A stretch of 64,000 nucleotides of DNA from Clostridia bacterium (GTDB lineage Bacteria > Bacillota > Clostridia > Christensenellales > UBA1242): positions 77,918 to 141,917 of the forward strand of contig JAFUSR010000004.1 of assembly GCA_017467585.1 (NCBI GenBank), written 5' to 3'. The notes below the pieces were generated by a model. That model worked only from the letters and a program-made list of their open reading frames with translations. It made no database searches and had not been told where the DNA came from. Within the stretch, counting starts at the first letter, position 1. Each line of letters opens with the position of its first letter. This document shows positions 53,722-64,000 of the stretch, piece after piece. Both the position numbers and the translations under genes were made by a program.

Positions 53722-53818
53722 ATTTATGTCTCCAAAAACATTATAACACAAATAAATTTAATGGCAATAATTGTTGAAAAATTTTACGGGCGATAGTTAA
53801 AGTTTTAAATTCAAGAGT

Positions 53819-53848
53819 TTGCCAATCACTATTAGTTAGTGTTATACT
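53819..53848 (+). promoter_or_regulatory. Candidate promoter with an extended -10, only 8 nt upstream of the ATG
   Basis: TTGCCA, 18 nt (with TGt), TATACT. The ATG is at 53857 and no Shine-Dalgarno sequence lies between. Confidence 0.4.
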
Positions 53849-53856
53849 AACCATAT

Positions 53857-55182
53857 ATGGCAGACAAAGAAAACAAAAGTGAACAATTACACTTAGAGGG
53901 CACCAACCCCCAGTTTTCTGACGAACAAAAAATAGAAATGGTTGAAGAGCAGACCGAACTTGCCATGCAGATAGATGAAAATCAAACCTCAATAAACGAT
54001 TTTGACGACGGAATTTTAGAAGGTCACGTCGTTGCCGGGCTCATTAAAGAGGCAGAAGAAACAGAGCAAAAATCAAAAAAGAAAAAGACGGCAATAACAA
54101 GCATAATCTTTTTTGCAATCAACATTTTGCTTATGATTTTCATTGTGCGCAACTTGTTAAATTCAGCAAGTGTTGCAAATTTCAACAACGTTGCGCAGGC
54201 GCAAACAACCAGGTTGTGGTGGATTGCCGGCGGCTTTGGTTTTTTGGTTTTGTTTTTTGCGTGCGAAACATTGCTGTTTTATTTTTTAATTAAAAAAATA
54301 ACTGGCAAGCGCAGACTCTGGCTGTCATATAGAATTGCTGCTGTTGGCAAATATTACGACTTTATCACGCCAACACAGCTTGGTGGCCAACCATCGCAAA
54401 TACTTAGGCTCACAAAAAGTGGTCTTTCTGGTGGACAGGCAACAAGCATACCAATTATCAAACTAATTGTTTATAGTTTTGTTTATACAGTTATTTCAAT
54501 CTTTCTATATTTTTATGGCCTTCCTATGGTCACAACAGCAGGAAGCCTTCAAGGATTTTTGATGGCACTAGTTAAAATTCTTGGTGGTATTGGTCTTGTT
54601 GTAACCGTAATCATGACATTTTTATATTTCATTATCGGAAACGGAAAGCTAATAGGTCGTTCTTTCATCACATGGCTAGTTAGGGTAGGGTTCAAACTTC
54701 ATATCGTCAAAAACTACCGCAAGGCGTTAGACAGGTTGATGACCCAAGTTCAAGAATATCAAAGTTCAATTAAATACCTCAACAAAAACAAGGGAACACT
54801 TGTTATAACGGTGTTGTTGTGTTTGGTTGAATGCGTGGCCTTTGCTTTAATTCCGTTTGCTATGGTCATGGCGTTTGGTTCAACAACGTTTTCTGGTGTT
54901 TCAGACGCATTATTTTGCATGCTTGTCACCATGAGCTCATATTATTTGTGTTTGATGGTGTCAACCATAATTCCGCTCCCTGGTGGAACAGGAACAATGG
55001 AAGTATGCTTCATTTTTCTGTTTTCAATTGGCACATTTTCGGTTGGAGACAACATCGGTTGGGCGCTCATTTTCTTTAGGCTAATCACATATTATGCGGT
55101 CATCGCCCATGGTTTTTTGCACATTGTGTTTGAAAACATAATTCGAATTGCTAAGAGCAAAAAACAAGGAGTGAACAAATAA
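53857..55182 (+). CDS. Flippase-like / lysylphosphatidylglycerol-synthase TM-region family (UPF0104-type) membrane protein with an acidic N-terminal extension
   Basis: 441 aa and polytopic. ...YRIAAVGKYYDFITPTQLGGQPSQILRLTKSG... resembles the conserved loop of the LPG_synthase_TM/UPF0104 family. This is a pattern-level call. Confidence 0.55.
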   Translation: MADKENKSEQLHLEGTNPQFSDEQKIEMVEEQTELAMQIDENQTSINDFDDGILEGHVVAGLIKEAEETEQKSKKKKTAITSIIFFAINILLMIFIVRNLLNSASVANFNNVAQAQTTRLWWIAGGFGFLVLFFACETLLFYFLIKKITGKRRLWLSYRIAAVGKYYDFITPTQLGGQPSQILRLTKSGLSGGQATSIPIIKLIVYSFVYTVISIFLYFYGLPMVTTAGSLQGFLMALVKILGGIGLVVTVIMTFLYFIIGNGKLIGRSFITWLVRVGFKLHIVKNYRKALDRLMTQVQEYQSSIKYLNKNKGTLVITVLLCLVECVAFALIPFAMVMAFGSTTFSGVSDALFCMLVTMSSYYLCLMVSTIIPLPGGTGTMEVCFIFLFSIGTFSVGDNIGWALIFFRLITYYAVIAHGFLHIVFENIIRIAKSKKQGVNK

Positions 55183-55190
55183 AACATACA

Positions 55191-55226
55191 AAAAAAGTCA
55201 AATAAAAAAAGATTTGGCTTTTTTGT
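55191..55226 (+). terminator. Rho-independent terminator
   Basis: The sequence is AGTCAAAT-aaaaaaag-ATTTGGCT (one G-U pair) followed by tttttg. Confidence 0.55.
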
Positions 55227-55245
55227 TTTCGCGGGCATTTTTTGC

Positions 55246-55275
55246 TTGACTCAACAAAAAATTTGGTGGTATTTT
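55246..55275 (+). promoter_or_regulatory. Candidate promoter of the tandem lipoprotein pair
   Basis: TTGACT, 18 nt (with TGg), TATTTT. An AGAGGAGAG RBS lies ahead of the ATG at 55306. Confidence 0.35.
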
Positions 55276-55305
55276 GGATAAGATAAAACAAAGAGGAGAG
55301 AACAG

Positions 55306-57105
55306 ATGAAAAGATTAAAACAATTAATTGTGTCAATTGCTTTGGTGTTTGCATTGGCAATTCCAGCCTTTGCGCTTGTTGGATGCAACATGCTTAAGTC
55401 AAACAAAAACAACAATTCAGATCAACAAGACGAACAACAACAATCACAGGCCCTGACAATCTCTCAGGTTCTAAATGATTTTGGAACTCACTTGCTTGCC
55501 ACAGACGAATTGGTTCCAGAAAAATTAAATGTGCTGCTCAGAGATAAGGGTGAGCATGAGGCAATTACAAACGAATTAAAAAGCTTCGATATTCCTTATG
55601 ATGATTATGAAGGTGAACTAAACGCAGACCAACAGGCTGAACGTGTTGCTGCAATAAACAGAAAAGCCGCATTAGAAGAAAGACAACAACAGCTCGAAGA
55701 ACTCTATGACGTTGATAATGTCGCAGATTTTGAAGATAAAATGAATGATCTTTTGGACGAGAATGTTTATGCAATGGCATATTTCAATGTTGGAATTCCA
55801 TCAGAATCAGGCACCGATTATCCAGGTCAAGATCAATATGGTGAGTTACTAAATCAATATCATCAATGGCTTGGTCAAAACTTTACGGCAGTTGGTCAAT
55901 TAGCTGTTGTTAATGCAAAAGAAAACACACCATACATGGATAGCAATCAAGAACTTGTATTCCAATATTCAATTTCAGACAACATGTTAACAATGCTAAT
56001 TAATTCTCGTGATGATGTATTTGCTGTTAACTATGTTTATGACAATTCTAAACTTGTTGCAATAACAAGTGAAAGTTATTATGCCGAAAAGTCTGTTGAA
56101 GAATTTTCTGAGCCTCAAGAATCAGGCCCAGATGTTGAATATACTTTAAACAACTCAACCACAAATTTACAAACAGCTTATTATGATGTTGAAAACAACA
56201 TGTGGTATCAAGTTTCTTTGCATGAAGAATATAGCATTGATTCTCGCAACACCAACAAATATGTTCCAGCTTTGGAAGATTTTGTTGCCGCATACAACGC
56301 TGGCAAAATGACATCAGCTGTTATGAACAAATTCTTTAATTCTGACATCGATTACACATTTATGGCATTTGACGTGCTTTCAGGAAAAAATGAGTTGTCG
56401 ACTAACCACTCATTACATATCGAAAGTTCAGACCCAATAAAGGCTCTCAAAGCAGTTAAGTCTAAGATTAACACTCTTCCAACAGAGACTGTTGAATTTG
56501 ATATTAACTTGTTTGATATTGAAGAACTTGAGTATCCTGAAGAAATTCCAGAAGAGATGGAAGAATTAGAAAAGTATTTCGTCGAGAGAAGAGAACTTTT
56601 AAACATTTCTAAATATGATGAAAACTTAGAGCTTGTTTACAAATATGACAGACTAGATTTTCCACCAAAGACAACACTTGCAAAAGGTCAAGCAATTTTA
56701 GTGTTGACTAAAATGGTTAAAGCTTTGCAAGAAAAAGATTACAACCAAGAAGCAGAAAGATTTAATGCTTATTTTGGAGGCTATTATTATATAGATGCAG
56801 AAACTGAGGGGCAAACATTTGAGCGCATTGTCAGTGGCTTAAACAATGCCAAGAGAAACCTTCAAGAGACAACTGATTGGGATGGCGAAACTCTTGACCA
56901 AGTTTATGTTGCACCAGGTGAAGAAGAGCCAGGAAATTATTCAACTTGGAAAATACGAGAACACGTTGTGACAGATTCTTCTGTTGTCTATAGAATTGAC
57001 ACAGATTTTGGTTATAATAGCAATGGAGTTAACATCTTTTTTGAACTTTCAAATAGTGGGGAATTGCTTAATGTTGCAATACTCATGCAATATATCGGAG
57101 AATAA
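55306..57105 (+). CDS. Lipoprotein of unknown function, paralog 1 (599 aa)
   Basis: The signal peptide plus lipobox is MKRLKQLIVSIALVFALAIPAFALVGC. The mature part is acidic and Gln-rich and is collinear with the next gene. Confidence 0.8.
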   Translation: MKRLKQLIVSIALVFALAIPAFALVGCNMLKSNKNNNSDQQDEQQQSQALTISQVLNDFGTHLLATDELVPEKLNVLLRDKGEHEAITNELKSFDIPYDDYEGELNADQQAERVAAINRKAALEERQQQLEELYDVDNVADFEDKMNDLLDENVYAMAYFNVGIPSESGTDYPGQDQYGELLNQYHQWLGQNFTAVGQLAVVNAKENTPYMDSNQELVFQYSISDNMLTMLINSRDDVFAVNYVYDNSKLVAITSESYYAEKSVEEFSEPQESGPDVEYTLNNSTTNLQTAYYDVENNMWYQVSLHEEYSIDSRNTNKYVPALEDFVAAYNAGKMTSAVMNKFFNSDIDYTFMAFDVLSGKNELSTNHSLHIESSDPIKALKAVKSKINTLPTETVEFDINLFDIEELEYPEEIPEEMEELEKYFVERRELLNISKYDENLELVYKYDRLDFPPKTTLAKGQAILVLTKMVKALQEKDYNQEAERFNAYFGGYYYIDAETEGQTFERIVSGLNNAKRNLQETTDWDGETLDQVYVAPGEEEPGNYSTWKIREHVVTDSSVVYRIDTDFGYNSNGVNIFFELSNSGELLNVAILMQYIGE

Positions 57106-57149
57106 CAACTAACCCATATAACACACTTAAATCATCAAAGGAGAAAATA

Positions 57150-58916
57150 ATGAAAAAATTAAAACAGTTTATCATTTCAATTGCCTTGGTGTTTGCATTG
57201 GCAATTCCAGCCTTTGCGCTTGTTGGATGCAACATGCTTAAGTCAAACAAAAACAATTCTTCAAGTGATCAACAACAAGAACAATCTGGTGGAGAAGAGC
57301 AATCTCAACCACTCACACTTTCAAGGGCGGTTTCAGATTGTGAAACAGCGCTAGTAAACGCAGATTCTGAGTTAAAAGAAGATTATAACAAAAAATCAAA
57401 AGACTTTTCAGAATATAATGCTATTCAAGAAAAGTTAAAGAATTTTACAATCCCATATCTTCCAGACAATCCAACTGACGAGCAGGTTAAAGCTTATGAT
57501 GCAGCAATGGCTCAAAAAGAAATGTTAGAAAGAAGACTTGCACAAATTCAAACCAGTTATGGTGCTGCAGATGCTGAAGCGTTTAAAGATGTTTTAAGCG
57601 ATTGGCGCACAACTGCTTCTGAAATTGAAAATCATTATGGCGTTAATGAAGAATCACAAGAGGTACCATTTTATAAGCAAGATTATCAACAATTTGTTAT
57701 GCAAAGTGTGTCAATTTTGGCTTATTTAAATGCAGCTCAAGCAAAAGAAAACACACCATATTCTTTCGAAGATGGCCCCGGTTTAACTGTTGCTCAATAC
57801 TCAGTTTCAGACAACAAGGTTGATTTGCTTGTAGAGCATAATGGCATGGCTTCTTTGGCGCAATTTGTTTACAATGGTTCGCACCTTCAAACAGTTTCAC
57901 TTGCTTTGTACGGCGAAAATATCCGCACCAAAGAATATGATGAAAATCCAAATTTGAATTTAGGCACAACAATTGAAGAGCCGGGCGTTTCAAGCCTTGC
58001 TTCATACATCATCACAAATACAGAGAAATATCTGGAAGCTTGCTTATTGGATTTTTCAACCAACAATTTTTATGAAATTAATTTATCTGAGAGATATAGT
58101 TCAGAAGATGACTACACCCCAGTGTTAACAGATTTTGTCAATGCTTACAACACAGGAAAAATCACTTATGACCTTATTGACAGACTTTATTCAGGTTCAA
58201 AACATATAGATAGTTATTTTGTGATTTATGACATTGCAACAAACAATGCAAAATATGCAGGCACGAATGGAGATTCAAACGCAGACATTGTTACACTTTT
58301 AAGACCACTCAAGAGCAAAATTTCTGAACTTCCAGCAGAAGCTACTGAACTGGATATCAACTGGTTTGATGTTGAAGAAATAAGTTTTGAAGTTCTTGAA
58401 GAGGCACAAAACCAACTTGAAAACATGTTTGGCTCACTAGAGCTTTTGTCTATGTCTAACTACAATGAGCAAATTCAATTTGCTTTCACTTATAAGTATA
58501 TTGGTGTTGAACAAAAATTACAAAAAGCTTTGATGGTATCAGCTTTGGATCAATTAATTGATATGTTGAGCGATGAAGAATATGTGTGTTCAGATACTTT
58601 TGTTGACATGGTGCACACGATTGATGGTCGCTCATCGTGTTCGACAAGTGATATTACTGAAAGTTTCATTAGCCAATTAAGCCAAGCTAAACAAAACTTA
58701 GAAGATTGTGATGATTGGGACGGAAGAACTTTAGTCTATTTCGACCCATCGCAAACATATGAAGATGTAATGGAACCATGGGAAATACACTTATATTGCA
58801 ATGTAAGTAATGGTGATGTCATTTATATAATTGACGATGTAAATTTCTATTTCTCTCTCGATAGCGAAAATCAAGTTATAGATGCGGCTAGAATTTATTT
58901 ACATGAGCCTAAATAA
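57150..58916 (+). CDS. Lipoprotein of unknown function, paralog 2 (588 aa)
   Basis: The N-terminus is MKKLKQFIISIALVFALAIPAFALVGC. Motif islands shared with paralog 1 include KENTPY, QYS[IV]SDN, FV.AYN.GK[MI]T, LKSKI..LP.E..E.DIN.FD.EE and Q.K.NL.....DWDG.TL. Confidence 0.8.
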   Translation: MKKLKQFIISIALVFALAIPAFALVGCNMLKSNKNNSSSDQQQEQSGGEEQSQPLTLSRAVSDCETALVNADSELKEDYNKKSKDFSEYNAIQEKLKNFTIPYLPDNPTDEQVKAYDAAMAQKEMLERRLAQIQTSYGAADAEAFKDVLSDWRTTASEIENHYGVNEESQEVPFYKQDYQQFVMQSVSILAYLNAAQAKENTPYSFEDGPGLTVAQYSVSDNKVDLLVEHNGMASLAQFVYNGSHLQTVSLALYGENIRTKEYDENPNLNLGTTIEEPGVSSLASYIITNTEKYLEACLLDFSTNNFYEINLSERYSSEDDYTPVLTDFVNAYNTGKITYDLIDRLYSGSKHIDSYFVIYDIATNNAKYAGTNGDSNADIVTLLRPLKSKISELPAEATELDINWFDVEEISFEVLEEAQNQLENMFGSLELLSMSNYNEQIQFAFTYKYIGVEQKLQKALMVSALDQLIDMLSDEEYVCSDTFVDMVHTIDGRSSCSTSDITESFISQLSQAKQNLEDCDDWDGRTLVYFDPSQTYEDVMEPWEIHLYCNVSNGDVIYIIDDVNFYFSLDSENQVIDAARIYLHEPK

Positions 58917-58926
58917 AAAAACAACT

Positions 58927-58958
58927 TAAAAACCACTCAAAACACGAGTGGTTTTTTT
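58927..58958 (+). terminator. Rho-independent terminator
   Basis: The sequence is aaaaaCCACTCaaaacacGAGTGGttttttt. Confidence 0.8.
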
Positions 58959-58994
58959 GTTTGCAAGAAAATTATATTTTTTAGCAAAAAGATA

Positions 58995-59024
58995 TTGACT
59001 TTTCTCTTGCTCCTGTGATAGTAT
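58995..59024 (+). promoter_or_regulatory. Candidate promoter of rpoB-rpoC with an extended -10
   Basis: TTGACT, 18 nt (with TGa), TAGTAT, leaving a roughly 165-nt leader before rpoB. Confidence 0.45.
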
Positions 59025-59188
59025 ATTGTAGTTACTATGAGTTATTGTCAAAATTTTGGCAAAAAACTCGAAAAAACTTAATATTTTTTATATAATTTCT
59101 GTCTGTTTTTCTTCTAATTTAAAGGCGAGGATACTTTTGAAGATGAAGGTTAAGCAAATAAAATTATTTTTTACCTAGGGAGGGTAGA

Positions 59189-62100
59189 ATGGGTAAAGTT
59201 GACGTAAAATTAAAAAAAGTCAAATACGGAAAAACAGAGAGGTATAAGTTTGGAAAGATAGACGAAATTCTTGACATCCCATATCTTGTAGAAGTTCAGA
59301 AAAAGAGTTACCAAAATTTCATAACAAAAGGAATCCGTGATGTTCTCAGGGATTTTTCTCCTATTACTGATGCTGACAACTTAAACCGCTCAGACATGCG
59401 TGAAGACAACACAGATTGTCGTGTTGAATTGCACTTCATCGGTCACAGCCTCAGCGGCGAACCAAAATACACAGAAGCTGAGTGCAAAAGCAGAGACGCT
59501 ACTTATAGCGTTCCACTTAAAGTAAAAGTCAGACTCGTTTATAAAGAAACAGGCGAAGTTGTTGAGCAAGAAGTTTTCATGGGCGATATTCCACTCATGA
59601 CAGACAATGGCTCATTTATTATCAATGGTGCAGAGCGTGCCGTTGTTAGCCAACTTGTTAGAAGCCCTGGTGTTTATTGCAGTCAAGGCGTAAACAAAAC
59701 AGGAAACTTTGTCACAGAAACAGACATTATGCCAAACCGTGGTGCTTGGCTGGAATTTGAGGAAGACCAAAATGGTCTTCTTTGGGTTCACGTTGACCGT
59801 TCAAGAAAAATGGTTGCAACAATCTTCTTGCGTGCAATGGGCTTGTCAACCGATGAGCAACTTCTTGAAGTGTTCGATCATCACCCAATTATTGTTAAAT
59901 CAATCGAAAAAGATCACACCAAGAGCGAAGAAGAAGCCCTTGTTGAAATTTCTAAGCGTCTTCGTCCTGGCGAAGTTCTTAACTACAAGGCCATCAAAAA
60001 AGACCTTGAAAAACGCTTCTATTCAACCAGAAGATACGACATTACAAATGTTGGTCGTTACAAATTTAACCAAAAACTTTCTCTTGCAAACAGAATCACA
60101 GGAAAGGTTTTGGCAGAAGATGTTATTGTTAAAAACAAACCACTATTTGTTGCTGGTGAACTTCTTTCAAGCGAACAAGCATGGAAAATTCAAAATGCCG
60201 GCGTAAACAAAGTTGCCATTGAAGGCAAAAACGGAAAAGTTTATGTTCTTGGCAACAACACTGTTAACCTCAAGGCATACACAGGTGTTAACCCAGACGA
60301 TGTTGAACTTGACGAACTCGTTCACTTGCCAACACTTTTAGAGGTTATTAAAGGTGCAAAAACAATCGAACAAAAGAAACAAGCAATCTTAGACAATTAC
60401 GACTTGCTTGTTGGCCGTCACCTTATGTTTGACGACATTATTTCTTCAGTTAACTATCACTTGGGCCTTTCAGACGGAATTGGTCACTTAGACGACGTTG
60501 ACCACCTTGGCAACAGAAGAATCAAAACAGTTGGTGAACAACTTCAAAACCAATTCTTTGTTGGAATGGCTCGTCTTGAAAGAGTTATCTCAGAAAGAAT
60601 GCAAGTTCAAAATGTTGCAGAAATCAGCCCAAGCACTCTTATTAACACTCGTCCGGTAAGTGCCGCAATTAGAGAATTCTTTGGCAGCAGCCAAATGTCT
60701 CAGTTCATGGAACAAACAAACCCAATTGCATCACTTACTCACAAACGTAAAGTTTCATCTCTCGGACCAGGAGCCCTCACTCGTGAACGTGCAGGCTTTG
60801 ATGTTCGTGACGTGCACTACACACACTATGGCCGTCTTTGCCCTAACGAAACCCCAGAAGGACAAAACATTGGTCTTATTAACTCATTTGCAACTTATGC
60901 AAGACTAAATAAATATGGCTTTGTTGAAGCGCCATATAGAAAGTTTGATAAAACAACTGGCAGAGTTACAAACGAGGTTGTTTACATGACAGCCGACGTC
61001 GAAGAACAATATGTTATTGCTCAAGCCAACGAACTTTTAAACGAAAACGGTGAACTCATTAATAACACAGTTATTTGTAGAAAAGCTGGCGAAATTTTGG
61101 AATTCCCAAAGAGCGCAGTAGATTTCATCGACGTTAGCCCAAAGGAACTTGTTTCAATTGCGACAACACTTGTTCCATTCCTAGAAAGCGACGACGCAAC
61201 TCGTGCCATGATTGCTTCAAACCAACAACGTCAGGCCGTTCCACTTTTAAAAACAGAAGCTCCAATTGTTGCAACTGGTGTTGAACACAAGATTGCAGTA
61301 GATAGTGGAGTTATGCAAATTGCAAAATCAAACGGAACAGTTAAATATGTTTCTGGCGACAAGATTGTTCTCGACACCGACCACGGCGACGAAGAATATA
61401 TCTTAACCGGATTTGTTCGTAGCAACTCAGGAACATGCATGCGTCAACACCCAATTGTTAACCATGGCGACAAGGTTAAAGCTGGTGATGTTCTTGCTGA
61501 TGGTCCATCAACCGACCAAGGCGAACTTTCAATCGGAAAGAACATTCTCATTGCATATATGCCTTGGGAAGGTTACAACTTCGAAGACGCTATCCTTATT
61601 AGTGATGAACTTGTTCGTGACGATGTTTTAACATCTGTTCACATTGAAGAATATGAGCACGACGCTCGCGACACAAAACTCGGACCAGAAGAAATCACTC
61701 GCGATATTCCAAACATCGGTGACGAAGCTCTTCGCAACCTCGATGAAAACGGAATAATCAGAGTTGGTGCCGAAGTTACAACAGGCGACATTTTGGTCGG
61801 AAAAGTTACTCCAAAAGGAGAGACAGAACTCACCCCAGAAGAAAGACTTCTTCGCGCAATCTTTGGCGAAAAAGCTAGAGAAGTTAGAGACACATCTCTT
61901 CGTGTTCAACACGGTGAAGGTGGTGTAGTCGTAGATGTTAAAGTGTTCACACGTGAAAACAAAGATGAACTTCCAACCGGAGTTAACAAACTTGTTCGTG
62001 TTTACATTGCTCAAAAACGTAAAATGAGCGTGGGTGACAAAATGTCAGGACGTCACGGAAACAAGGGCGTTGTTTCAAGAGTATTGCCTCAAGCAGACAT

Positions 62101-62923
62101 GCCATTCCTTCCAGACGGAACACCTGTTCAAATTGTTTTAAACCCACTTGGCGTTCCTTCTCGTATGAACATTGGTCAGCTTCTTGAATGTCACTTAGGC
62201 TGGGCAGCAAAAGCCCTTGGCTGGAAGGTGGCAACACCAGTATTCGATGGTGCAAAAGAAGAAGAAATCCGCGAACTCTTGGTAGAAAACGGATTTGATG
62301 CTGACGGAAAAATGCAACTTTATGATGGCCGCACAGGCGAACCATTCGAAAACAGAGCAACAGTTGGTTACAGCTATATGCTTAAACTCCATCACCTTGT
62401 TGATGATAAGATGCACGCACGTAGCATCGGACCATACAGCTTGGTAACACAACAACCTCTCGGAGGAAAAGCTCAGCTTGGTGGACAACGTTTCGGAGAA
62501 ATGGAAGTTTGGGCACTCGAAGCTTATGGTGCTGCAAACACACTTCAAGAAATGCTCACAGTTAAGTCAGACGACATTGTTGGCCGTCAAAAGACCTATG
62601 AGAGCATCGTAAGAAACGAAAATGTTGCCGAACCAGGAATTCCAGAATCATTTAAGGTTCTTATTAAAGAACTTCAAGGTCTTGGCCTAGATATCAAAGT
62701 TCTCACCGAAGACAAGCAAGAAATTGGCTTGAAAGATTTGGTTGAAGACGACAGAGATATGATGGACACAAGAAATGCCAACAAGAAAAAACCAGAACAA
62801 GAAGAAGTCGAAGTAGACCTTGGTGGCGATGAAGATATTAGCGATATGTTTGAATCAGTCTTTGATGCAAACGAAGGCAACGAAAGCGATTTGTTCGATT
62901 TCGATGATTCAAATTTTGAATAA
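59189..62923 (+). CDS. rpoB: DNA-directed RNA polymerase subunit beta
   Basis: 1244 aa with full-length RpoB motifs (...[14 protein letters not shown]..., ...[10 protein letters not shown]-like [11 protein letters not shown]..., ...[15 protein letters not shown]...). Confidence 0.98.
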   Translation: MGKVDVKLKKVKYGKTERYKFGKIDEILDIPYLVEVQKKSYQNFITKGIRDVLRDFSPITDADNLNRSDMREDNTDCRVELHFIGHSLSGEPKYTEAECKSRDATYSVPLKVKVRLVYKETGEVVEQEVFMGDIPLMTDNGSFIINGAERAVVSQLVRSPGVYCSQGVNKTGNFVTETDIMPNRGAWLEFEEDQNGLLWVHVDRSRKMVATIFLRAMGLSTDEQLLEVFDHHPIIVKSIEKDHTKSEEEALVEISKRLRPGEVLNYKAIKKDLEKRFYSTRRYDITNVGRYKFNQKLSLANRITGKVLAEDVIVKNKPLFVAGELLSSEQAWKIQNAGVNKVAIEGKNGKVYVLGNNTVNLKAYTGVNPDDVELDELVHLPTLLEVIKGAKTIEQKKQAILDNYDLLVGRHLMFDDIISSVNYHLGLSDGIGHLDDVDHLGNRRIKTVGEQLQNQFFVGMARLERVISERMQVQNVAEISPSTLINTRPVSAAIREFFGSSQMSQFMEQTNPIASLTHKRKVSSLGPGALTRERAGFDVRDVHYTHYGRLCPNETPEGQNIGLINSFATYARLNKYGFVEAPYRKFDKTTGRVTNEVVYMTADVEEQYVIAQANELLNENGELINNTVICRKAGEILEFPKSAVDFIDVSPKELVSIATTLVPFLESDDATRAMIASNQQRQAVPLLKTEAPIVATGVEHKIAVDSGVMQIAKSNGTVKYVSGDKIVLDTDHGDEEYILTGFVRSNSGTCMRQHPIVNHGDKVKAGDVLADGPSTDQGELSIGKNILIAYMPWEGYNFEDAILISDELVRDDVLTSVHIEEYEHDARDTKLGPEEITRDIPNIGDEALRNLDENGIIRVGAEVTTGDILVGKVTPKGETELTPEERLLRAIFGEKAREVRDTSLRVQHGEGGVVVDVKVFTRENKDELPTGVNKLVRVYIAQKRKMSVGDKMSGRHGNKGVVSRVLPQADMPFLPDGTPVQIVLNPLGVPSRMNIGQLLECHLGWAAKALGWKVATPVFDGAKEEEIRELLVENGFDADGKMQLYDGRTGEPFENRATVGYSYMLKLHHLVDDKMHARSIGPYSLVTQQPLGGKAQLGGQRFGEMEVWALEAYGAANTLQEMLTVKSDDIVGRQKTYESIVRNENVAEPGIPESFKVLIKELQGLGLDIKVLTEDKQEIGLKDLVEDDRDMMDTRNANKKKPEQEEVEVDLGGDEDISDMFESVFDANEGNESDLFDFDDSNFE

Positions 62924-62945
62924 TACGGCATCAGCCATAACATAA

Positions 62946-64000
<1,055 letters not shown>

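Noticed and set aside
62740-62923. The acidic C-terminal tail of RpoB (…[40 protein letters not shown]) as an unusual feature.
   Set aside because: Firmicute RpoB proteins, B. subtilis for example, commonly carry acidic C-terminal extensions, so this is not noteworthy on its own.

Overview
This window looks like low-GC Firmicutes chromosome: it carries a gerA-type spore-germination operon, rpsF-ssb-rpsR, the str operon (rpsL-rpsG-fusA-tuf) and rpoB-rpoC. I cannot assign a taxon from the sequence alone. Positions 3-26588 (about 41% of the window) are a single + strand reading frame that is still open at the left edge. It encodes more than 8,861 aa of a Thr/Ala/Asn/Gly/Ser/Tyr-rich surface-type protein built mostly from Listeria-Bacteroides (InlB B-repeat / Flg_new-type) repeats. 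Other domains (LamG-like, jelly-roll/CBM-like and a 'YIxSTGTQ...FYTNAGTGTF' domain) sit nested inside individual repeats. A roughly 1,100-aa non-repetitive region lies near the C-terminus. Directly downstream is a 0.66-kb GIY-YIG nuclease cassette. It is bracketed by two related copies of a terminator hairpin and packed with a roughly 47-nt GC-rich repeat (GTCAT...ATCTC) whose closing stem covaries between copies. The remaining 37 kb is mostly housekeeping: leuS, trmL, the gerA/B/C operon, a P-type ATPase, rpsF-ssb-rpsR, dnaB, a shortened alaS, rpsL-rpsG-fusA-tuf and rpoB-rpoC. Small accessory insertions interrupt it: a HicB-like three-gene operon upstream of rpsL, and an 8.7-kb island between tuf and rpoB. 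The island begins with a Listeria-Bacteroides-repeat lipoprotein cassette flanked by a perfect 33-bp duplication of the tuf terminator, and also holds an HExxH protein, a flippase-like membrane protein and two tandem paralogous lipoproteins. I found no rRNA, tRNA, CRISPR array, transposase or integrase. All promoter and terminator calls come from reading motifs by eye, and no database search was possible.
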